Source of the DNA: Octopus vulgaris
Taxonomy: Eukaryota
Assembly: GCA_951406725.2 (NCBI GenBank)
Contig: OX597836.1
Span: forward strand, 19,592,001-19,656,000
Reading direction: 5' to 3'
Length of the DNA stretch: 64,000 nt
The position numbers and the translations under genes are program-made. Under the pieces are notes generated by a model. It was not told the origin of the DNA. It did no database searches and saw only the letters and a program-made list of their open reading frames with translations. This document shows, piece by piece, positions 1-12,790 of the stretch (position 1 is its first letter; each line of letters starts with the position of its first letter).

Positions 1-214
1 CTTCAGGTCAGTCATGTTCTGGCAAACTTATGATCAAAGACGTTCCAGCCATGTCCATCCAACTTTTAGGACCACATTATAATCTAATGTCTTTGCTTCT
101 TGTTGTTGCCCCAGGTCAGCCTTAATCTATGATCAAAAGCATTACATTCGACAGAGTAATCTGAATACTTCACACAATGTCAGGATGAGAAGACACAAAA
201 GCATACTCATAAAG

Positions 215-281
<67 letters not shown>
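215..281. repeat. Compound (AC)n(AT)n microsatellite
   Basis: Seen directly in the sequence. Confidence 0.97.
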
Positions 282-285
<4 letters not shown>

Positions 286-302
286 CCTACACATACACAT
301 GT

Positions 303-612
303 GTGGAGGCGCAATGGCCCAGTGGTTAGGGCAGTGGACTCGCGGCTGTAGGATCGCGGTTTCGATTCCCAGACTGGGCGTTGTGAGTGTTTATTGAGCG
401 AAAACACCTAAAAGCTCCACGAGGCTCCTGCAGGGGATGGTGGCGATCCCTTCTGTACTCTTTCGCCACAACTTTCTCACTCTTTCTTCTGTTGGCCTGT
501 TCGCTTAGCCAGCGGGGTGGCATCATTTGAAGGCTAAAACACTGTGAAGCACATTGTGACCAGTGATGTGTAGCAACATCTGATAGCCTGGTCGGTCACG
601 GTGATCACGGTG
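303..612 (+). mobile_element. tRNA(Arg-like)-derived SINE
   Basis: A/B-box head tggcccagtggttagg...gactcgc...tttcgattccc; a tail copy occurs at 45081-45192. Confidence 0.8.
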
Positions 613-849
613 ATATACATACCTACACATAAACATGCATACATAGATACATATATATGCCTACACACACACACAATATGTTTCTTTCAGTCTCTATCTA
701 CCAAGTCCACTCACAAAGCTTTGGTTGGCCCAAGACTATAGTAAAAGATACTTGTCCAAGGTGCCACACACACACACAGTGGGATTGAACCCAAAACCAT
801 GTTGGGAAGCAAACTTCTTAACCACACAACCAAACAGCTGGGAACTCAC

Positions 850-1012
850 CTCGGCTCACTGAATCGAGAGCCACACCAGTTCCTGTAGCTCCTCCACCAA
901 TGACCAAAACATCAAACTCGTCATTTTTTAGCGATGCTAAGATATCTTTCCGAAGAGGCAGAGTGTTGGACAGTGTATGTACTGGTTCGGCAGCAGACAA
1001 CGTGGACACAGC
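850..1012 (-). CDS. GPD2: Mitochondrial glycerol-3-phosphate dehydrogenase, second coding exon (FAD-binding motif)
   Basis: Encodes AVSTLSAAEPVHTLSNTLPLRKDILASLKNDEFDVLVIGGGATGTGVALDSVSR(G), matching the GPD2 motif EFDILVIGGGATGSGCALDAVTRG. Flanked by a ttccAG acceptor and a GTGAGT donor; 163 nt, phase 0 to 1. Gene continues past the window's left edge. Confidence 0.92.
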
Positions 1013-1320
1013 CTGGAAATAAACAAATAAACAAACAAAAAAAAAGTAAACAGAAAATTTATTTTTAACTGTGCACAAGGTACTCCCCACACCCATTTCT
1101 GTGTTGGTATCATGATGGAAAGCCCCACCCCCTCTGGAATGATTGGTGAGCGAGACAACTTCATTAGTGTTTGTACCATGAGGAAATACATCCAATACAC
1201 ACTGAAAAGGGGTTGGCAAATGAGAAGAAAAAGCGTAGTGGTATGAGGTCCCTTTAATTCTGTTTTGTTTAGGCAGGGCTGGATTTAAACCATGGAGAAC
1301 CTGAACTTCATGTTCGGTGG

Positions 1321-1850
1321 GCATCATTATCATCATCGTCATCATTTAACGTTCACTTTCCATGCTAGCATGGGTTGGACGATTTGACTGGAGGCTGGCG
1401 AACCAGATGGCTGCACCAGGCTTCAATCTTGATCTGGCAGAGTTTCTACAGCTGGATGGCCTTCCTAATGCCAACCACTCCGAGAGTGTAGTAGGTGCTT
1501 TTATGTGCCAGTCAGGCGGTACTGGCAACGACCTCGCTCAAATCATTTACACATGCCACTGACACAGGTGCCAGTAAGGCAATGCTAGTAACGGTCACGC
1601 TCAGATGGTGTCTTTTACGTGCCACCAGCATGGAGGCCAGATAGCCACTCTGGCAGCGATCACGCTCGGATGGTGCTCTTAAACACCCTACTAGCATGAG
1701 GCTCGAGTGCCAGTAAGGCAACGCTGGTAACGATCACACTCGAATGGTACCTTTTATGTGCCACTGGTACAGAAGCCGGTTGGCCGCTCTGTCAATGATC
1801 ACACTAGTATGGTGCTCTTTGCACCCTGCTAGCACAGACGCCAGTCATCA
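1321..1850 (-). mobile_element. RTE 3'-tail copy with variant internal repeats
   Basis: Reverse complement resembles 16290-16499 (aacccatgctagcatgga...gttaaa(tga)n). Confidence 0.8.
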
Positions 1851-3030
1851 AATTTAAGAATTAAAGTCTTAGAAAATTACCAAATTTAAATCTCAAAACC
1901 CATCTATTTCAAATAATTGAATTTGGTGAGTTAGCAGAGGGTTTAAATAAATAACTGGAAATGCCATTTTGTAGTTACACTTGTGCAAAATTCAAATTTC
2001 CCTTTTCACACATCCACTTGTGATGTTTGACCTTTCCTTCATTGTGAAAAGTACAATGGAGGGAAGAGTGGGGTAAGGTTTTTTTTTTTCCTTTTAATGT
2101 GAGTTACATAAGTTTCAGAATGTAGAATAAAATAAAATGACAGAAAATTACGAAAAAGAAAAAAAATCATTTTTGTGGTTGTTGCTGTTCCAAAGACATG
2201 ATGAATGTGTGTGTGTGTGTGTGTGTGCAGTTTCCAGTAAGGGTAGGTGGGGCACAATGAGTAATATTTACTTTGAAGAAAATATCTTTTTTTATAAGTA
2301 TCCACTACCTTGCCAAAACTATATCAGCGAAGTAAAGACCTTTCCTAAATGCAGTTAAACCAATAACATATTCAGAACACTATTTCAGAAAATTATCACT
2401 GTACTCTTCGAGCATGTAAAAGACAAATAATTGAGGCGGGGCAAAATGGGTAAAACAAGATAAAATAAATGTCTTCTCATTTCTTTGGGATTAAATTTGT
2501 AAAAAGAGTCATATACATAAACATCCATCCTTAGACATCAGAAAGATCAGAAATGTAGCTAAATTTTAAATATCTTGGTCAAATGAAAGAGGATTATGGA
2601 AAAATAGCACATGATATGAAATTAATCAAACTCTATAAATCCGGCCCTGTATTTAGGACTTCTCAATCTCCCTAGTGTTGGTGCCATGAGATAATGCACC
2701 CACCCGTTCCCTCTATAAAGTGGTTGGCAATATGAAGTTCATTCAGCAGTAGAAACCAAAGCTAAATGACACACACAAGCACTGTCAATGGGTGCAGTTG
2801 TTTCCCGTGAGAAATAACTCGTACCATGATCACCCACCCAACCTGTGTCAGCATAGAAAGTGGAAGTGATGATGATGATCATGATGATTTTTTTTTTTTT
2901 GACAGATTCAATCTGAATGAAGAATCTATGTACATGGCCTTCACAAAACCTCTAAAACTGGAAATATTGATAGGGTTACTTCCTTTTTATTACGTTTTTA
3001 TTAACATTCTACATTATTATTAACATATCT

Positions 3031-3345
3031 ACAAAGTAAGAAAACAGCACAGCTCCCATGACTTCAGGAAACATTTTTTCACGCTGAGAGTTGCTGAAGC
3101 ATGGAACAAACTGCCGGCATCAGTTGTTAAGTTGTCGGAGCACTGCATCCTTCAAAACTTCCATGCTTCCTGAGATTCGCCAACACTACACTTGATTTTC
3201 TCCCCTCCATGCACACACGGGCATGTATCTGACTCATACATTGTTCGCTTTCCAGACATTTCTACATTACTGCATGTACTTTATACGCACTTTCTGACAA
3301 GTTGTGGTGCACCTGAGCACTGTATACAATAATTTCATTGTTATG
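3031..3345 (+). mobile_element. CR1-like LINE 3' fragment
   Basis: KVRKQHSSHDFRKHFFTLRVAEAWNKLP; the same family occurs inverted at 31340-31482. Confidence 0.8.
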
Positions 3346-3689
3346 TAAATTAATAATTACCTGGACGAAAAGAAAAAAGAAAGACAACCAAAAAGGACTG
3401 CTTTTGACAGCAGCCTTTACCAATCCTAATTTAACAAGCTTTTAATTAAAAGCATCACATCACAACTGTGGCTATCCCATGTTTTTTCCAGACATAATGT
3501 ATCTTGGACTACAAGATCCAATGTAACTTTCCATTCTTTTTTAAAATTAAGTTAGGGTGTCGTTTGCTCTAAATTAACACCGAAGTCCCTTTTATGTTAG
3601 TCCTCACAACCTTACATTCTCTTTTCAAATACATATAAGCTTAGGTAGACAGTGTACTCAGATAGGCACTATACTTGGATAGATAGTAT

Positions 3690-4055
3690 ACTCTTTACTC
3701 TTTACTCTTTTACTTGTTTCAGTCATTTGACTGCGGCCATGCTGGAGCACCACCTTTTAGTACTTATTCTATCGGTCTCTTTTTGCCGAACCGCTAAGTG
3801 ACGGGGACATAAACACACCAGCATCGGTTGTCAAGCAATGCTAGGGGAACAAACACAGACGCGCAAACACACACACACATATATATATACGACAGGCTTC
3901 TTTCAGTTTCCGTCTACCAAATCCACTCACAAGGCATTGGTCGGCCCGGGGCTATAGCAGAAGACACTTGCCCAAGATGCCACGCAGTGGGACTGAACCC
4001 GCAACCATGTGGTTGGTTAGCAAGCTACTTGCCACACAGCCACTCCTGCGCCTAT
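3690..4055 (-). mobile_element. Abundant tRNA-derived SINE with internal TA/TG microsatellite
   Basis: Reverse complement of 49553-49960; many partial copies across the window. Confidence 0.85.
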
Positions 4056-4258
4056 GCTCAGGTACATGGTATACTTGGATAGATGGTATGCTCTGGTAGA
4101 TGGTACTCAGGTGGGTGATGCGCCCAGCTAAGGTGACATGTTAGGGCAGGTGAGATGTTTGTGTAAACTGGTATGATTCATTCATTCCAATTTATCTAAA
4201 TGTGTTACCTGCCCAAACTATAGAAATACGAAAAGCTTAGCATGTAAATTATACTTAC

Positions 4259-4366
4259 TGGTCTGGTGAAGTCCTTGTACTTGGGTATTAGGTAGGTACC
4301 CAACAGAGTGGCTCCTCCAACTGCCAGTCCAACCTTGACTGCCCTTTTTGACATCTGAAACCTCAT
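4259..4366 (-). CDS. GPD2: GPD2 first coding exon (mitochondrial targeting / hydrophobic N-terminus)
   Basis: gccaacATG start; 36 codons MRFQMSKRAVKVGLAVGGATLLGTYLIPKYKDFTRP, resembling the GPD2 N-terminus. GTAAGT donor in phase 0 fits the next exon. Upstream AG acceptors at 4386-4387 or 4394-4395 imply a non-coding exon further right. Confidence 0.85.
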
Positions 4367-5809
4367 GTTGGCAGTTGGTCAAACACTAAATACCTTCAAA
4401 GACAAAACAGATAAAAATAACATAAAACAACTGAACAAACTCTGAAGAAATTTTTTAATATGGAACATTAAGTATTGGCCAAGCCAAACATGACCCTTAT
4501 ATTGGGTTGGTGGGAGGGTCTACACATAAGGCACAGATAAAATCTAATGTAAATTTCAAAGGGAACTTTTGTTGCTATTTCTAATAGCTCAAACAACAAC
4601 ATAGGGAGACTCTTGTTGATGATGATGATGATGATGAAGGTAATTATGACATGTGAAAATATGTCACAAGATTAACAAGATCAGCAAACATAAAAAATAT
4701 GCACTAAACGGCTATAAAATAAAACAAAAAAATTATGAAAGGACGTGACAAATGTGTGAAGGAATGGAATAAAGAGAGTTTTTTTGGGGGGAATAAAGAG
4801 GATATTTATGGCACAGTAAATGTTCTGTAAGGTACTCATATAAGTGTGTCGGTATTTCTCTGTGACACACACACATATAAATTACTCTGCTGTGTGTGTG
4901 CATGTATGTACACTCACACACACACACACACACACATTGAGCAGGACTTGGTACTTGAGAAAAGTTGAATGTCAAGTATGCATGTGTACACATGTGCTCA
5001 CACACCCACACTACTTAATCAAGTGTGATTTCAACAAGATATAAGCTTATCTAAAGCTACTGTAAATTAGGATTCTTATATGGTCCAATCCATGCCTAAA
5101 CAGAACACATATATTAAATGATAATGATGATGATGATGATGTCAGTTAGCCCAGTGTTTCCCATAAGGACATAAGTGGGGAAAACCTTGTCACTCTTCAC
5201 CAGGAGTTTAAAATTTTTTTGTGAATCAAGGATGAAAGCAGTGCTCCTTGTGATCAGACAAGTTTGCTATTGTTTCTAGCATACCAAAAGCTCCCCCATT
5301 CTGCCATAGCACTTAATTCACTAACAGCTTGGCTGTATCCATTCAAGTCTACTGCTGTCATTTAGCTCAAGGTCAAAGCTACATTATCAAAGATATTCCA
5401 GACATGACCATCCTATCTTTTGTGAATAGTATCTTCTCAACTATATTATCCAATTTGATGAAAGCATCAATTTGGATAATATAGCTTAGAAGTTACTAGT
5501 GTGTGATCTGAGGGAGATTTGGATGTTATTTCTAGCAGGTTCTGCAAACACATTGATTCAATATAGGTTAATGTAGTAACAGCTGATCGTATTCAGAGAT
5601 GAACCACAAAAACATCCCCAAAACATCCAATGTATTGAGAGAGACAACTGAAGTAAAGTTTACTCACTGTTTGGTTGTGAGGTGTGTGGAGGATAAAGAC
5701 ACCCACCTCTTGAACAATCACACACACATTCATTAAGTTCAATCTTCCATGCAAGGTTGGATTTGATAAACAAACACATGTATGTATGTACATCATCATC
5801 ATCATTTAA

Positions 5810-5985
5810 CCCCTTACCCAACAATTATTTTGAAAATAAATGTATTTTTTCAGACATATTTTTTAATTGTTTTATTTTTTAATTGTCGATTTTGGCGAGT
5901 CTATCTTTTGACGAGTTAACTCGCCAGAGATAGAAAAAAACGATTTAGGTCAAAACGCATATATTCGTTTCTGCCGGGTAAGGGG
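5810..5985. mobile_element. piggyBac-type MITE inserted in an RTE tail
   Basis: TIR CCCCTTACCC/GGGTAAGGGG; TTAA at 5806-5809 and 5986-5989. Confidence 0.85.
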
Positions 5986-6829
5986 TTAATGTCTGGTGTC
6001 CATGCTGGCATGGGTTGGATGGTTTGACCAGGAATAGCAAGCTGAGGGACTGCACCAGACTCTAGTCTAATTTGGCATGATTTCTATGGCTGGATACCCT
6101 TCCTAATGCCAACCACTCCAAGAGTGTAATGGGTACTTTTACCAAACACATACACACAAAAAGCAATGCTCCCTCACTCTCCACAGGTTCCCTCCTTCTA
6201 AGTTCCCTCTTAAATTTCTCATACTTTACTCTCTCCCTCTCAAATCTCAAACAACCACTATATACTGTCATTCTCCATCCATCCCAATCTTGTACCTCCC
6301 TCTCCCACAAAAACAACCACTATATACTGTCATTCTCCATCCATCCCAATCTTGTAGTTCCCTTTCCCAATCACCAGCTGCAATTCTTGTCTGTATTAGA
6401 GCTTTTTTAAAGCAATCCTTAAACCTTGGAATGTGCCAACAGGTCACAGTCATCTGCATACAGGAACTAAATGAGTTGAAAATGCAGAACTTTCGTTTTG
6501 GCATAGTCTTTTAAAACTGAACAGTTTTTCCGTTGTCCTATATCTTATATGGACCCTTTCAGTGCATCTTCAAAAGGTATTTGAAAGACTATTGTAAAAT
6601 ATATAGCATGTCGAGGAGACAGTGGTAGTTGATAGCATCAGCCCAAGTACTTCACTGGTTCTTTACTTTATCTACCCCAAGGGGATGAAAAGTGAAGTTG
6701 ACCTCAGCAGGATTTGAACTTAGAATGAAAAGAGCCAGACCAAATACTATAGGCATATTGTCCAATTTTCAAACAATCAACTAATTAATTGTTCAGTCTG
6801 TTAATAACAGTAATCCATTTTAGTATAGG

Positions 6830-7310
6830 CATCACCATCATTTAGCACTGGTTTTACATCAGCATCACCATCATTTAGCACTGGTTTTACATGTTCTTTC
6901 TATGCTGGTATGAGCTGAACAGTTTGACTGGAGCTGGTAAGGCCAGGGGCTACACCAGGCTCCATTGTCTGTTCTAATGCCAACCACGCCACAGACTGTA
7001 CCGAGTGCTTTTCATGTGGTACCAACATTGATATAAATTCTACTGTGGTGGACAGGTTTTCTTAAGTACAGCAATGCACCAAATATCTTGGTCCTTTGTC
7101 ATCTCCTTCATAAAGCTCAGTGTCTTGAGATTGGCCTTTGATACTTCGTCCCATATCTTCCTGGGTTTCCCTCTTCTACAAGTTCCATCCACTTTAAGTG
7201 ATCAGCACTTCTGTATGTAACTGTCAACATCCATACCCATCTCATGACCAAACTAGTAAGTCTCTTGCACACTGCATCTAATTCCTCTTACGCCCAACTT
7301 TACTCTCAAA
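6830..7310 (-). mobile_element. Degraded RTE 3' fragment (ORF end plus tail)
   Basis: Minus strand encodes RRGKPRKIWDEV, followed by tail motifs. Confidence 0.7.
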
Positions 7311-7418
7311 AGGCAAAGCCAACTTCGGCAGCATTTGAACTCAGAACAAATCCAAAAATGCTGCTAAGCATATTACTCTGTGTGCTAACAATTCTGCCAG
7401 CTCACTGCCTTAAAAAAT

Positions 7419-7830
7419 AATGGCTTCAAATTTTGGCACAAGGCCAGCAATTTCAGGAATGGGGATAAGTTGATTACATCAACCCCATTGCTCAACTGGT
7501 ACTTAATTTTATCTACGATGAAGGGAGGAAAGGCAAAGTCAACCGTGGCAGAATTTGAACTCAAAATGTTAAGATGGACAAAATGCTACTAATCATTTTG
7601 ACCAGTGTGTAAATGGTTCAATGGCTTCAAATTTTGGCACAAGGCCAGCAATTTTAGGAAAGGGGATAAGTTGATTACATCAACCCCATTGCTTAACTGG
7701 TACTTAATTTTATCTACGATGAAGGGAGGAAAGGCAAAGTAAACCTTGGCAGAATCTGAACTTAAAATGTTAAGATGGACAAAATGCTACTAATTATTTT
7801 GACCAGTGTGTAAATGGTTCTTCCACCTTA
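7419..7830 (-). repeat. Tandem duplication (about 200 bp x2) of a Meta-like SINE
   Basis: atggcttcaaattttggcacaaggccagc at 7420 and 7621 with nearly identical units. Confidence 0.85.
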
Positions 7831-8794
7831 AAAATAATAATGATAATAATAACTAGTTTCAATTGTTACATATTCTCTCCTCCCACTATAAACCATGTGA
7901 ACAGCTGCCTCGACCCCAATTTTTCTCTATTCTCTAAACAGCAAACGTAATTACAAAAGAGGTTTGTCTAATGCATTCTTTGTTACCATAAGAACTACTA
8001 ACTAATTTGCAGCTAATTACTAACAGCCAGACAATTAATCTTTTGGAAAGATTTTTGCAAATTGTATTTATATTCTAACCTTCAAAGCAATGTGACATTG
8101 ACGAGCTATCAGAGACAGTTGTAAAGTGATACAGCTGACCAATACTAACAGGAAGAGTTAATATTAATAATAAAGCCAATGATTCACATCTCACCGCTAT
8201 CACCACTCCCAACACTATAACACCGCTTCCTTTAATAACAACACTTGACTTTCCTCAATGACTTAGTGAGGAAAAATTGTGTGTGTGTGTGTGTGTGTGT
8301 GTGTACACAGGCACAGGAGTGTGTAGTTAAGTTTGCTTTACAACTAAATCCTTTCAGGTAGGTGTGGCACCTTGAGCAAGTGCCTTCTACTATAACTTCA
8401 GGTTGACCAATATCTTGTAACTAAAAACTAGGCAAAAGCACTTCTAAGTGTATGTGTGTGTGTATATATCATCATCATCATCATCGTTTAACGTCCGTTT
8501 TCCGCGCTAGCATATATATATATATGTATTCTTTTATTTGTTTCAGTCATTTGACTATCTTTAGTCGAACAAATTGACCCCAGGACTTATTCTTTGTAAG
8601 CCTAGTACTTATTCTATCGGTCTCTTTTGCCAAACCGCTAAGTTACAGGGACATAAACACACCAACATCAGCTGTGAAGCAATAGTGGGGGAACAAACGC
8701 TGACACACACACATAGATATATATATATATATAAATACGTATAGTATAAGTAAAAAAATGGAGTTGAATGCAGATGTTATTCAAATTCTTTTAG

Positions 8795-8878
8795 TTTCGA
8801 CATATGTTTCGAAGACAACATCGGTTTTATTCCAAAGGAATAAACGGTGTAAAATAATGTAATCTTCTCATCAGGAAA
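8795..8878 (-). ncRNA. Type I hammerhead ribozyme motif in a Penelope-like repeat
   Basis: UUUC-CUGAUGA-GAAGA...UCUUC-GAAA-CAUAUG-UC-GAAA: stems I, II and minimal III, with a GUC cleavage triplet. Confidence 0.7.
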
Positions 8879-9558
8879 GAAAGAGAACCCATCTCAACAA
8901 CAAGAAATTATAACAATTTTGATGACTGCATAAATGATAAACAGAACGCTATTAGGTATTTTTAAAATAACCGTTAGTAGATCTGACGTCAAAGGCAGAC
9001 CATAGGAAGAGAAGGGGTAAAGAAATAATAAGTAGAGAACAAATAAAGGAGAAATATAGAGGGATATGTTGGTTGAAAAAATGTTCAAAGGCTTGGAAGT
9101 AGATTTCTCTATTGAAGTAAAGTGCAAGGTGAACTAAATTGGTTTGGTATCTGAAAAGACAACAATAAGGATTTTAATTTAGATTGGTTCATCCTGTCCA
9201 TCTCTTTTTGTAACAGGATTTTGTAACATTTGCAACTCTGAACTCTTCCATATTCTCTTCTCTAAGAATCACCTTGTTAACAAACTTATAGAACGATCTT
9301 ACAAATGTAAGCACTGGTAGAAACATACCTTTAGCTCATATAAGTGATTTATACCAATCTGTACAGTTTGAACATTTAGTTCACCTTGCACTTTACCTTG
9401 ATTTCAATGTGTACACATTCGTTGAAAGCATGCGAAATAACCTGGAAAAGAAAAGAACCCACGAAACAAAATTCCATTGCTGGGAAACAGGTCACAGGTA
9501 GTCTAGTATATATTATACTAAAACTCAAAGTTTGTCTGTTTTCCTGCCCTTGGATTAA

Positions 9559-9779
9559 CCCTCTGGTTCCTGTATTTCTATTGAGATGCTCTGTGTTTCT
9601 TTCAATTATTTTAAATATAACAAAGAATTTAGTAAAATAACATCATTATCATTCAGCTAGTGTTAGGAACATAAATTGTGACTAAGGTTTGGTGGAAGAT
9701 TTGAATTCAAAACTTATGAAAACAAGACATTTGTACTAAAGAGCCAGAGCCGGTTTCAGCCAGGTTGATAACGAAAGGG
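9559..9779 (-). mobile_element. piggyBac-type MITE family A (inverted relative to neighbouring copies)
   Basis: TTAA|CCCT...AGGG|TTAA; reverse complement of the next three copies. Confidence 0.88.
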
Positions 9780-10029
9780 TTAAGATGATAAAGATTACAA
9801 ATAAAATAGTCATTTCCTCCTGTAAGAAAAAAAAAAATCAGTTGAAAATGTTGACACTGCTGAGTTGTTGCAGCTACCACTGTCCATCCTTCTTCACTTA
9901 CTTCCTTTTTTCTTCCCTTAATCATTTATACAACTTTTGGAGTGCCGTGAACTGAAAGATAGAAATTCTCCCTATATTTTTATGTGATATTTTTTGAATC
10001 ACAGGTACTTGACTTTTTTTTCTTCTTAA

Positions 10030-10249
10030 CCCTTTCATTACCAACTCGGCTGAAACCGGCTCTGGCTCTGAGAACAAATGTCTAATTTTCATAAGTTCTG
10101 AATTAAAATCTTCCACCAAACCTTAGTCACAACTTATGTTCCTAACACTAGCTGAATGGTAACCAAGTTATTTTACTAAATTCTTTATTATATTTAAAGT
10201 AATTGAAAGAAACACAGAGCATCTCAAAATAAATACAGTAACGAAAGGG
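10030..10249 (+). mobile_element. piggyBac-type MITE family A
   Basis: TTAA TSD; CCCTTTC/GAAAGGG TIR. Confidence 0.9.
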
Positions 10250-10438
10250 TTAAAGGGGAAAATTACTATTTCATTTAAAATAAATTAATCGTTATCATTT
10301 TAATAAAAAGACAGAAAAACAGATAGGCTATCTTTTTATGGATATGAATATCAGTTGCAACGGGAGGAGTTGAATCTCATAAGAATGGAAAAACAATCAA
10401 CAACAAATGGATTGTACCTTGTAAGGACACTCGTTTAA

Positions 10439-10660
10439 CCCTTTCGTTACCAACCCAGCTGAAACCGGCTCTGGCTCTGTAGTACAAATGTCTTGTTTTC
10501 TTAAGTTTTGAATTAAAATCTTCCACCAAACTTTAGTCACAATTTCTGTTCCCAACACTAGCTTAATGATAACTAAGTTATTTTACTAAATTCTTTGTTA
10601 TATTTAAAATCAATTGAAAGAAACACAGAGCATCTCAACAGAAATAAGGTAACAAAAGGG
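10439..10660 (+). mobile_element. piggyBac-type MITE family A
   Basis: TTAA TSD; TIRs. Confidence 0.9.
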
Positions 10661-10684
10661 TTAAAGTCATCATGATATTTTTAA

Positions 10685-10911
10685 CCCTTTTGATACCAAC
10701 CTGGCTGAAACCGGCTCTGGCTCTAAATACAAATGTCTTGTTTTCAAAAGTCCTGAATTAAAATCTAAATCTTCCACTAAACCTTAGTCACAATTTCTGT
10801 TCCTAACACTAGCTTAATGATAACTAAGTTATTTTACTAAATTCTTTGTTATATTTAAAATTAATTGAAAGAAACACAGAGGGTCTTAAAATAAATACAG
10901 TAAGGAAAGGG
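10685..10911 (+). mobile_element. piggyBac-type MITE family A
   Basis: TTAA TSD; TIRs. Confidence 0.9.
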
Positions 10912-11489
10912 TTAAGAACATTTGAACATAATGACACTCTTTTTTGCAACATTTGTATAAGTGATTTACTATTAAAAGTCAACCTCTTTCATCAGTAGCT
11001 GACTATGAGCTCTGTTCTTGTTGCCTTCCTATTTGACAGCTTCACTACAGCATTGGTGAAAGTATCAACATTGATTGACATACAAGTTTTACTGCTTTGT
11101 TGGTGCAGTAACCTTAAGCTACTGCATCTCGTGATGTTGCATTTGGAATAAAATCTTGACCTTTCTTCCAGTTCTTCAGCCAGAACGATTTTTAGATCTT
11201 CCTGGTGAAGGGTTCCTTTTTGCAACAATATTTTCTTCGTTATTCCCTGTCTACAGCTTACAGATTAAAAGCAAAATTGTGGTTTATACTTGTTTGTTGT
11301 CATAATTTTTTTAGCAGTACCAGAGTTTTCCACACTGATTCTTGAATTCAGATTCCAAGATCATTAATGTGTGTATATATGTGTGTGCATATGTATGTAT
11401 ATATATATCCGATTTTTATTTTCTGTAAATTACTTTTGAATGCACATTCTGACGAAATTTTAACCTGTACTCATGCGAGTTAACTTCTC

Positions 11490-11678
11490 GCATGGAGAAG
11501 AAATGACAGAAATATTTAAGGTGGAGTACTTGAGCAGACTGAGACTGATCCTAAAGTCGAAATTAAACGGCCAGAATAAGATCGAAGCTATCAACACCTG
11601 GGTGCTTCACTCCTTAGATACGGAGTAGGGGAACTCGCATGGACAGTAGACAAACTAAACAGCTTAGACAGAAAGACT
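11490..11678 (+). mobile_element. R4/Dong-like non-LTR fragment
   Basis: EYLSRLRLILKSKLNGQNKIEAINTW...LRYGVGELAWTVDKLNSLDRKT. Confidence 0.7.
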
Positions 11679-11789
11679 ATCATCATCATCATCATCGTTT
11701 AACGTCCGTTCTCCATGCTAGCATGGGTTGGACGGTTTGACCGGGGATCTGGGAAGCCAGAAGGCTGCACCAGGCTAGAATAGAATCTG

Positions 11790-12466
11790 TCCATTTCCAT
11801 TAGTTTCTTCTAGAAGTGTTGTTGGTGTTACGAACTTAATGGCTATCTTTACACCTTATAATGCCATTTAACTACCCTATTCTGCTGTGTAAATTTGTCA
11901 TTTTCTTCCAGATTCTGTATCCACCTGGGATGCTTGCGATGGGTTATTTCATTACCATGTGCTTAGTAAATATCTCCCAGGTGTTTCTTCAGGCTAAAAG
12001 CAGCGGTATACAGGTAGACATCGATATTCCAATATCAGTTTTCACATTTTTTTAACACAATCTCTAGCAATAGCTTCAATAAGTTTTACCATGAATAGGG
12101 TTCGTCTTCTTCCCATTCTCATAAAAAAATGTCAGGTACTTAAAGATAACTTACAGAAGCGGGTGAAATTATTTTCAAACTGTGGTTGTAAAATGTTTTT
12201 CCAGGTGTGTATTGTCCACAGTTGCATAAATACGTGTGTGTTTGTGTGTGTGTAAATAAAATAGGCTTTGTAGTTTCTGTCTACCAAATCTACAAAGCAT
12301 AAATCTGTATGTTCTTTTGCTGTCTTTATTGTGCTGTGAATGTTACAGGGGTGTTGTTGTAACTCCTAGTTTTTCATCCTCATATATACCTCTGTACCTC
12401 TGTGTATGAGTGATGTGCAAGTATGAGCATGTGAGTGGGATGAGAAAAAGAAAGAGAGAGAGGGAG

Positions 12467-12551
<85 letters not shown>

Positions 12552-12790
12552 TGTTTACACTGTTGAAATGTTCATGGTATTTCATGTTCTCCAGTGTTGC
12601 TAGGGAGAAGGAAGATTCGGTAAAGGTGCTACTTCAGAAGCCTGTTTGTTTTGGGAATCAGGTTTCTAGGTGTTTGGTGTGTCGCAGTTAGAGTAGTTGT
12701 ACTTTTGTATCTAGGGAACGGTGGGAAGGCTGCAAGAATGATGTCATCTGTACATGAGACTCTGTTTATACATACTGTTATATTTTGCGG
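11790..12790 (-). mobile_element. Heavily degraded older LINE RT relic (Jockey/I-like?) interrupted by the RTE; continues at about 16500-16560
   Basis: Minus-strand remnants TDDIILAA (YADD-like) and KLGVT, with a VPQ-like motif right of the RTE. Confidence 0.35.
12469..12550. repeat. (GT)n microsatellite
   Basis: About 40 dinucleotide units. Confidence 0.97.

Noticed and set aside
303-375. tRNA-Arg-like gene
   Set aside because: Imperfect cloverleaf continuous with a SINE body; this is a SINE head, as are the other tRNA-like segments in the window.
818-1345. 175-aa ORF as a single-exon gene (likewise 62136-62672 and 60620-60985)
   Set aside because: Only the splice-bounded internal portions are homologous to GPD2 or lamin; the rest is intron read-through.
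9397-9441. Possible 45-nt non-coding GPD2 exon (good acceptor, GTAAAG donor)
   Set aside because: Splice-like signals alone, next to a Penelope-like relic, are insufficient without transcript data.
10992-11228. 78-aa ORF, possibly a mariner-like transposase relic
   Set aside because: Only vague motif similarity; cannot be supported without a search.
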